This document shows, one piece after another, positions 59,728 through 64,000 of a DNA stretch of 64,000 nucleotides. The stretch spans positions 4,239-68,238 of the forward strand of contig CAZBVY010000001.1 in NCBI GenBank assembly GCA_964495475.1, written 5' to 3'. Both the position numbers and the translations under genes were made by a program. The stretch comes from an uncultured Pseudomonadales bacterium (GTDB lineage: Bacteria; Patescibacteriota; Microgenomatia; UBA1400; PJMF01). How positions within the stretch are numbered: position 1 is the stretch's first letter; each line of letters begins with the position of its first letter. A model generated the notes under the pieces. The model saw only the letters and a program-made list of their open reading frames with translations. It did not search any database and was not told where the DNA came from.

Positions 59728-60507
59728 GTGGAACCACAAATTCTAATTAATGAAGTTCATCCTAATCCAGATTCTGGAAGTGAATGGATTGAACTACTGC
59801 TAATCACTGAAGAAACTAATGAAAATTTTAACCTAACGAATTTCACTATTTTTGACAGCGCTCGTCAAATCTATAAATTCAGCAATGAGCAATTTATCGA
59901 TCAAATACTAGTGATAGAAGTCAGTGGCCTCAATAATGATATTGACAGCGTTATCCTTAAAGATGAACTTGGTACGATTATAGATTCTTTTACTTATAAC
60001 CAAAGCGAAAAAGGACTAAGTTGGTCAAGAGAAAACAATGTCGATACTTTTATTCTCACGGTTCCTAGTCGAAATATAAAAAATCCATACATAACTCCCA
60101 CTCCAACTCTTACACCAACCACTACAATTACTCCTACTCTAACTCTCACACCAACACCAACTATCAACTTAACACCCATCAATACTCCAGCTCCCATTGC
60201 TCCACAAAAAAAGAATCAACAAATTGCTGATGATGAAATTAAACAAATATTTAAAACCTATGATTTAAATAAAATTAAACTAAATATACAAGACAAAGAA
60301 AATTTAAAAAGAGAACTACGCTTAGTTTTTATTGGTAAACAGATGGAACAGGCAGAGATCATAAATGCTATAATTGGAAGTTTTCTACTTATTCTAGGTG
60401 CCTGTCTTTTTATTTATGTCAAAATCAAAAATAAGCGCCACAACAAATTACTTACTTGCTTATTCATTGCCTGCGCTCTGGGCTGGAATAATTTTTTTCT
60501 TATCTAA
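59728..60507 (+). CDS. lamin-tail-domain (LTD) protein with Thr/Pro-rich linker
   Basis: INEVHPNPDSGSEWIEL LTD signature followed by a TPTPTLTPT low-complexity region. Confidence 0.65.
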   Translation: MEPQILINEVHPNPDSGSEWIELLLITEETNENFNLTNFTIFDSARQIYKFSNEQFIDQILVIEVSGLNNDIDSVILKDELGTIIDSFTYNQSEKGLSWSRENNVDTFILTVPSRNIKNPYITPTPTLTPTTTITPTLTLTPTPTINLTPINTPAPIAPQKKNQQIADDEIKQIFKTYDLNKIKLNIQDKENLKRELRLVFIGKQMEQAEIINAIIGSFLLILGACLFIYVKIKNKRHNKLLTCLFIACALGWNNFFLI

Positions 60508-60805
60508 TCAAGAAGTGCTTCCAGGTTTTTCAGTTTCTGTTTATGATTTCATTTTCAAAAAAACTGCACACATGTTCGTTTACGCTGTTTTATATCTTCT
60601 ACTTTTTAGAGCTTATAAAAAAACAAACAGTCAAAAAATCACCAAAAAGCATTATCTCGTTCCTATTTTCATAAGTTTACTTTATGCCCTTACTGATGAA
60701 TTTCATCAAAGTCTGGTGCCGGGACGTCATCCCACCATTAGAGATGCTGGTTATGATATGCTCGGAGTGTTAACTGTATTGTTGTATCAACTAAAATTGC
60801 TTTAA
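60398..60805 (+). CDS. VanZ-like membrane protein (start uncertain; overlaps the LTD ORF in another frame)
   Basis: LTDEFHQSLVPGRHPTIRD is the VanZ signature. Confidence 0.55.
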   Translation: MPVFLFMSKSKISATTNYLLAYSLPALWAGIIFFLSNQEVLPGFSVSVYDFIFKKTAHMFVYAVLYLLLFRAYKKTNSQKITKKHYLVPIFISLLYALTDEFHQSLVPGRHPTIRDAGYDMLGVLTVLLYQLKLL

Positions 60806-60894
60806 TTACTTCTTGACTTACTGAATCAAAATAGTACACTTAAAATAGTATTTAACAGGTTCACCTCGAACCAATTATTATATAGAAAGGTGCC

Positions 60895-61170
60895 ATGACC
60901 AAATCAGATTTGATTAACGTCGTTGCCAAAAAAGCTCATTTAACTAAAAAAGCTTCCTTTGAGGCCGTAGAGGCAATGTTTGAAGAAATTATTAGAAGTT
61001 TGAAAAAAGGTGATAAAGTTGTTTTATCAGGTTTTGGTACTTTTTATGTAAACAAAGTCGATGATAAACATGTAGAACCATTTGGTGACAAGGCTAAAAG
61101 ACAATTAGTTAAAGCCCATAAAGTCATTAACTTCCGTGTTGGCAAACCTCTTAAAAAAGAGATTTGGTAA
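60895..61170 (+). CDS. hup: HU/IHF-family DNA-binding protein
   Basis: Typical HU arm GFGTFYV and the R..P.G motif. Confidence 0.85.
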   Translation: MTKSDLINVVAKKAHLTKKASFEAVEAMFEEIIRSLKKGDKVVLSGFGTFYVNKVDDKHVEPFGDKAKRQLVKAHKVINFRVGKPLKKEIW

Positions 61171-61195
61171 TTAGGAAAATTTAAACTGAACTTAA

Positions 61196-61222
61196 AAACC
61201 CGCTTAAAAAAGCGGGTTTTTT
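61196..61222. terminator. bidirectional intrinsic terminator
   Basis: AAACCCGCTT-aaaaa-AGCGGGTTT hairpin followed by TTTG. Confidence 0.7.
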
Positions 61223-61243
61223 GTAACAAAAAATATATAAAGC

Positions 61244-61759
61244 TTAACGCTTTGGAGATTGACGTTTTCTTCTAGCTTTACCACCAGTACCAATTTTTCT
61301 GGTTTCTTTCATACGATCATCTCTAGATAACAAGCCAGCTGGTTTCAAAAAAGTACGAAACTCTGGATTAAAAGCAGATAAAGCCTTGGCTAAACCATTT
61401 AATAAAGCATCTAATTGAGAATTAATTCCTGATCCAGAAATTTTAGCACTCACTGCAAATTTTCCCTTAGTACCAGTCAATTCAAAAGGTTTTAAATAAA
61501 TAGTAGCAGCATTTCTGACATTGGCAAAATATTCAGATACTAATAAATCATTAACTACAAAATCACCTTGACCCTCATAAATACGTACTCTGGCACTGGC
61601 GACTTTACGACGGCCGATACCTTCGACATATTTTGTTTTTGGAAACTTAAAGTTTTTTTCGACTTCGACAGTTTTTTTATTACTGACAGCAACTGGGGTA
61701 ATTATTTTTTTAATTACCTTTTTGGCTTTAGCATTTTTCTTATTCATTCTTATTGCCAT
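61244..61759 (-). CDS. rpsI: 30S ribosomal protein S9 (Lys-rich N-terminal extension)
   Basis: GRRK.A.ARV and the C-terminal GGKARRKRQSPKR motif. Confidence 0.9.
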   Translation of the reverse strand: MAIRMNKKNAKAKKVIKKIITPVAVSNKKTVEVEKNFKFPKTKYVEGIGRRKVASARVRIYEGQGDFVVNDLLVSEYFANVRNAATIYLKPFELTGTKGKFAVSAKISGSGINSQLDALLNGLAKALSAFNPEFRTFLKPAGLLSRDDRMKETRKIGTGGKARRKRQSPKR

Positions 61760-61760
61760 A

Positions 61761-62195
61761 TTATTTTGCCTTTTTTATCATTCCTTGATATGGATTTTCA
61801 TTGCCAATAATTACTTTTAATCTGTTAATTCTTTCATCTCTCAATCTGTTTTTTGGCAACATGTTTTTAACAGCTCTTTTAATCAATTTTTCTGGATTCT
61901 TGGCCAACATTTCTGCAAAAGTACGTTGTCTGAGTCCACCTGGAAAACCACTGTGCCAAGAATAAACTTTAGCAGTGGCTTTATTTCTGGTGACTTCAAT
62001 TTTTTCAGCATTGATTAAAACTACATAATCTCCACCATCTACATTAGGAGTATAAGTTACTTTGTTTTTGCCAATTAATTTTTCAGCAATTTCAGTAGCT
62101 AAACGACCCAATACTTTGCCGGTGGCATCATACTGCACCCATTCTCTTTGTACTTCTTCTTTCTTTTGAATAAAAGTTTTAAATTTTTGAAACAT
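61761..62195 (-). CDS. rplM: 50S ribosomal protein L13
   Basis: W...DA.G..LGRLA..IA..L.GK motif. Confidence 0.9.
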   Translation of the reverse strand: MFQKFKTFIQKKEEVQREWVQYDATGKVLGRLATEIAEKLIGKNKVTYTPNVDGGDYVVLINAEKIEVTRNKATAKVYSWHSGFPGGLRQRTFAEMLAKNPEKLIKRAVKNMLPKNRLRDERINRLKVIIGNENPYQGMIKKAK

Positions 62196-62719
62196 TATTT
62201 TTTCTCCTCTGTTTTCTTTGCTTTGCTAGCTGATTTCTTAGCAGGAGCTTTTTTAACTGCAGTTTTTTTAGCAACGACTTTGCTTTCAACTTTAGTTTCA
62301 GTTTTGGCTTCAGTCTTTTTTACAGTAGCAACTTTTTCTTTTTTCAAAGAAGAAAGTTTTAAATCTCCAGTAAGTAAAGATAATTTAAAAAGAACAGTAT
62401 TATCTCCACGTCTAGCTGCTAGTTTTTCTAAAGCGGTAAAACCAGATTTCTTTTCACCAAAAGCTGGAACAATTTTATCGACTAGGGTGTTAACCACGTC
62501 TCTTCTACCAAAAAATTTATGTAAGTCGCGACGAGCAGCTAAAGTATTTTTTGAAGCTGTAGAAATTAATTTATCAGCTAATCTTCTAACTTCTTTGGTT
62601 CTAGCTTCACTAGTTTTAATTTCACCATGTTTAAAAAGATCGCGCAAAAGATTCTTCAACAAAGCCTTACGACTTGAATTGTCTCTATTGAAATGCTTAG
62701 CTTTTACTCTGTGTTTCAT
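62195..62719 (-). CDS. rplQ: 50S ribosomal protein L17 with Lys/Ala-rich C-terminal tail
   Basis: MKHRVK..HFNRD..SR.AL N-terminus. Confidence 0.85.
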   Translation of the reverse strand: MKHRVKAKHFNRDNSSRKALLKNLLRDLFKHGEIKTSEARTKEVRRLADKLISTASKNTLAARRDLHKFFGRRDVVNTLVDKIVPAFGEKKSGFTALEKLAARRGDNTVLFKLSLLTGDLKLSSLKKEKVATVKKTEAKTETKVESKVVAKKTAVKKAPAKKSASKAKKTEEKK

Positions 62720-62737
62720 AATAAACTTTCAAAAAAA

Positions 62738-63760
62738 TTAATCTGTTAAGACAACTCCTTTTTTACTAAGAGCTTCTTCGATAAGATCAATACTCTTGCC
62801 ACCCAAATTTTTTACTCTAGAAATTTCATCTTTAGGTGATTTGGTTAAATCAGCAACAGTTTCAAAACCACCTTTACGAAGAGCGTTAGCAATTCTGGTT
62901 GGTAAATCAAGTTCTTCTACTGTTAACTTCATGGTCTCAACTTCTTCAGGACTCATGCTAGTTAATTCTTCTTCAGCTTCTTTGATCACTGGATTCACAA
63001 TTTGATTAAATTGTGCAATTAAAATTTCAGCAGCTTGTTTGATGGCATCTAAAGGAGAAATGGAGCCATTGGTTTCAATATCAAAAACAATTTTATCAAA
63101 GTCAGTACGACGACCAACGCGAGTAGCCTCTACTTTATAAGAGACTTTGATCACTGGTGAAAAAAGAGCATCGACGGCAATTTGGCCAACAGCTTCTGTT
63201 TCAATTTCAGTAGCTAATTTATAACCTACGCCAGATTCAACAACCATTTCAATGCTTAAAGTTTTACCTTTGGCTAAAGTGGCTAAATATAAATCTTTAT
63301 TAATTACTTCAAAACCTGCTTCACATTCAATATCATTAGCAGTAACTTCTTTAGCACCTTTAACATTGAGGCGTAAAATTCCAGAATCATCAGATTCTGA
63401 TTTAATGCGCACTTGTTTAAGATTCAAAATTAATTCAACTACATCTTCAGTCATTCCCTCATAAGAGGTGAATTGATGAGCGACACCATCAATAGTTAAT
63501 TTAGTGATGGCTGTGCCAGGCAAAGAAGTTAATAATACTCTACGCAAAGCATTGCCTAAAGTGTGGCCGTAACCACTCTCTAGAGCTTCAATTACTATGG
63601 TAGAACGAAAAGCATCAGCCTCTACTTCGACTACGCTGAAGTTTGGATTCATGACTGCGCAATTTTTGATTTTATTTGACATATTTTCCTTTGTTTCATC
63701 TCTCTCCAGAAGGAGAAATCCGTTTCCGTAATTTATAATTTTATCTATTGTAATATTCAA
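62738..63760 (-). CDS. rpoA: DNA-directed RNA polymerase alpha subunit
   Basis: EPLERGYGHTLGNALRR-type N-terminal domain and C-terminal CTD. Confidence 0.9.
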   Translation of the reverse strand: MNITIDKIINYGNGFLLLERDETKENMSNKIKNCAVMNPNFSVVEVEADAFRSTIVIEALESGYGHTLGNALRRVLLTSLPGTAITKLTIDGVAHQFTSYEGMTEDVVELILNLKQVRIKSESDDSGILRLNVKGAKEVTANDIECEAGFEVINKDLYLATLAKGKTLSIEMVVESGVGYKLATEIETEAVGQIAVDALFSPVIKVSYKVEATRVGRRTDFDKIVFDIETNGSISPLDAIKQAAEILIAQFNQIVNPVIKEAEEELTSMSPEEVETMKLTVEELDLPTRIANALRKGGFETVADLTKSPKDEISRVKNLGGKSIDLIEEALSKKGVVLTD

Positions 63761-64000
63761 CGATTAATTGTTCTTCAACTTTTTCAGTGATATCTTCTCT
63801 CACTGGTAATTTACTAACATGAGCAGCTCCATTTTTGGCTTCTAACCAAGCTGGTAGCTTAACCTCTTGTTTCATAGCTTCTACGACTACTGGAATTTTA
63901 GCTGTTTTGGGTTTCATAGCCAAAACATCACCTACATTTAACTGATAAGAAGGAATATTCATTTTTTTACCATTTACAGTAAAGTGATCGTGATTAACTA
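63741..64000 (-). CDS. rpsD: 30S ribosomal protein S4, 3' portion only (5' end beyond window)
   Basis: C-terminal S4 domain ...VGDVLAMKPK...; gene order rpsD-rpoA-rplQ. Confidence 0.8.
   Translation of the reverse strand, partial: VNHDHFTVNGKKMNIPSYQLNVGDVLAMKPKTAKIPVVVEAMKQEVKLPAWLEAKNGAAHVSKLPVREDITEKVEEQLIVEYYNR

Noticed and set aside
60080-60200. Thr-Pro repeats (TPTPTLTPT...) as a tandem DNA repeat or mobile element
   Set aside because: This is an in-frame low-complexity linker of the LTD protein, not an independent repeat element.
62195-62719. Lys/Ala-rich C-terminal tail of L17 as a separate histone-like gene
   Set aside because: It is continuous in frame with rplQ. Such extensions are known for ribosomal proteins in small-genome lineages.
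1-64000. Possible alternative genetic code (UGA reassignment as in some CPR lineages)
   Set aside because: prfB (RF2) is present and TGA cleanly terminates ORFs (STAND at 10048, the M23 gene at 30352), so standard code 11 was assumed.

Overview
Low-GC (about 30%) bacterial segment with the look of a small Patescibacteria/CPR-type genome: many GT-C-like membrane glycosyltransferase paralogs, short suf genes, an LTD protein, an L17 with a Lys/Ala tail, and the rpsD-rpoA-rplQ alpha operon followed by rplM-rpsI at the right edge. Standard code 11 is supported: RF2 (prfB) is present and TGA terminates ORFs. Housekeeping blocks are uppP, a radical SAM/SPASM protein, MFS transporter, patatin, GT2/GT4/DUF4012 envelope genes, prfB, ftsEX plus an M23 peptidase, metK behind a SAM-I riboswitch, the suf operon with mnmA, HU and ribosomal genes. 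Accessory content interrupts these. (i) 1-3460: an integrative element with higher GC and a frameshifted large serine recombinase. (ii) 3686-7887: a tightly overlapping cupin / DHQS-like sugar-phosphate cyclase / ROK kinase / epimerase::2H-phosphoesterase operon, with a divergent NDT-like::RHH gene. (iii) 8587-15255: a GC-rich (40-55%) island carrying an XRE regulator, a 1345-aa nuclease-STAND NTPase-TPR (Avs-like) protein and an excisionase-type HTH. (iv) 33651-36360: an islet next to tRNA-Ser(GCU) with its own consensus promoter, encoding DUF3892 + Schlafen/AlbA_2 + a cytoplasmic trypsin-like protease. This is the best candidate for an undescribed defence-type system. Three type-II (Ser-like) tRNAs are present, one with an unexpected ACU anticodon, each flanked by accessory or foreign-GC genes. 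No CRISPR array and no rRNA are present. Small ORFs in the track that lie inside larger genes (e.g. 11070-11381, 12862-13098, 32991-33311) are treated as spurious.
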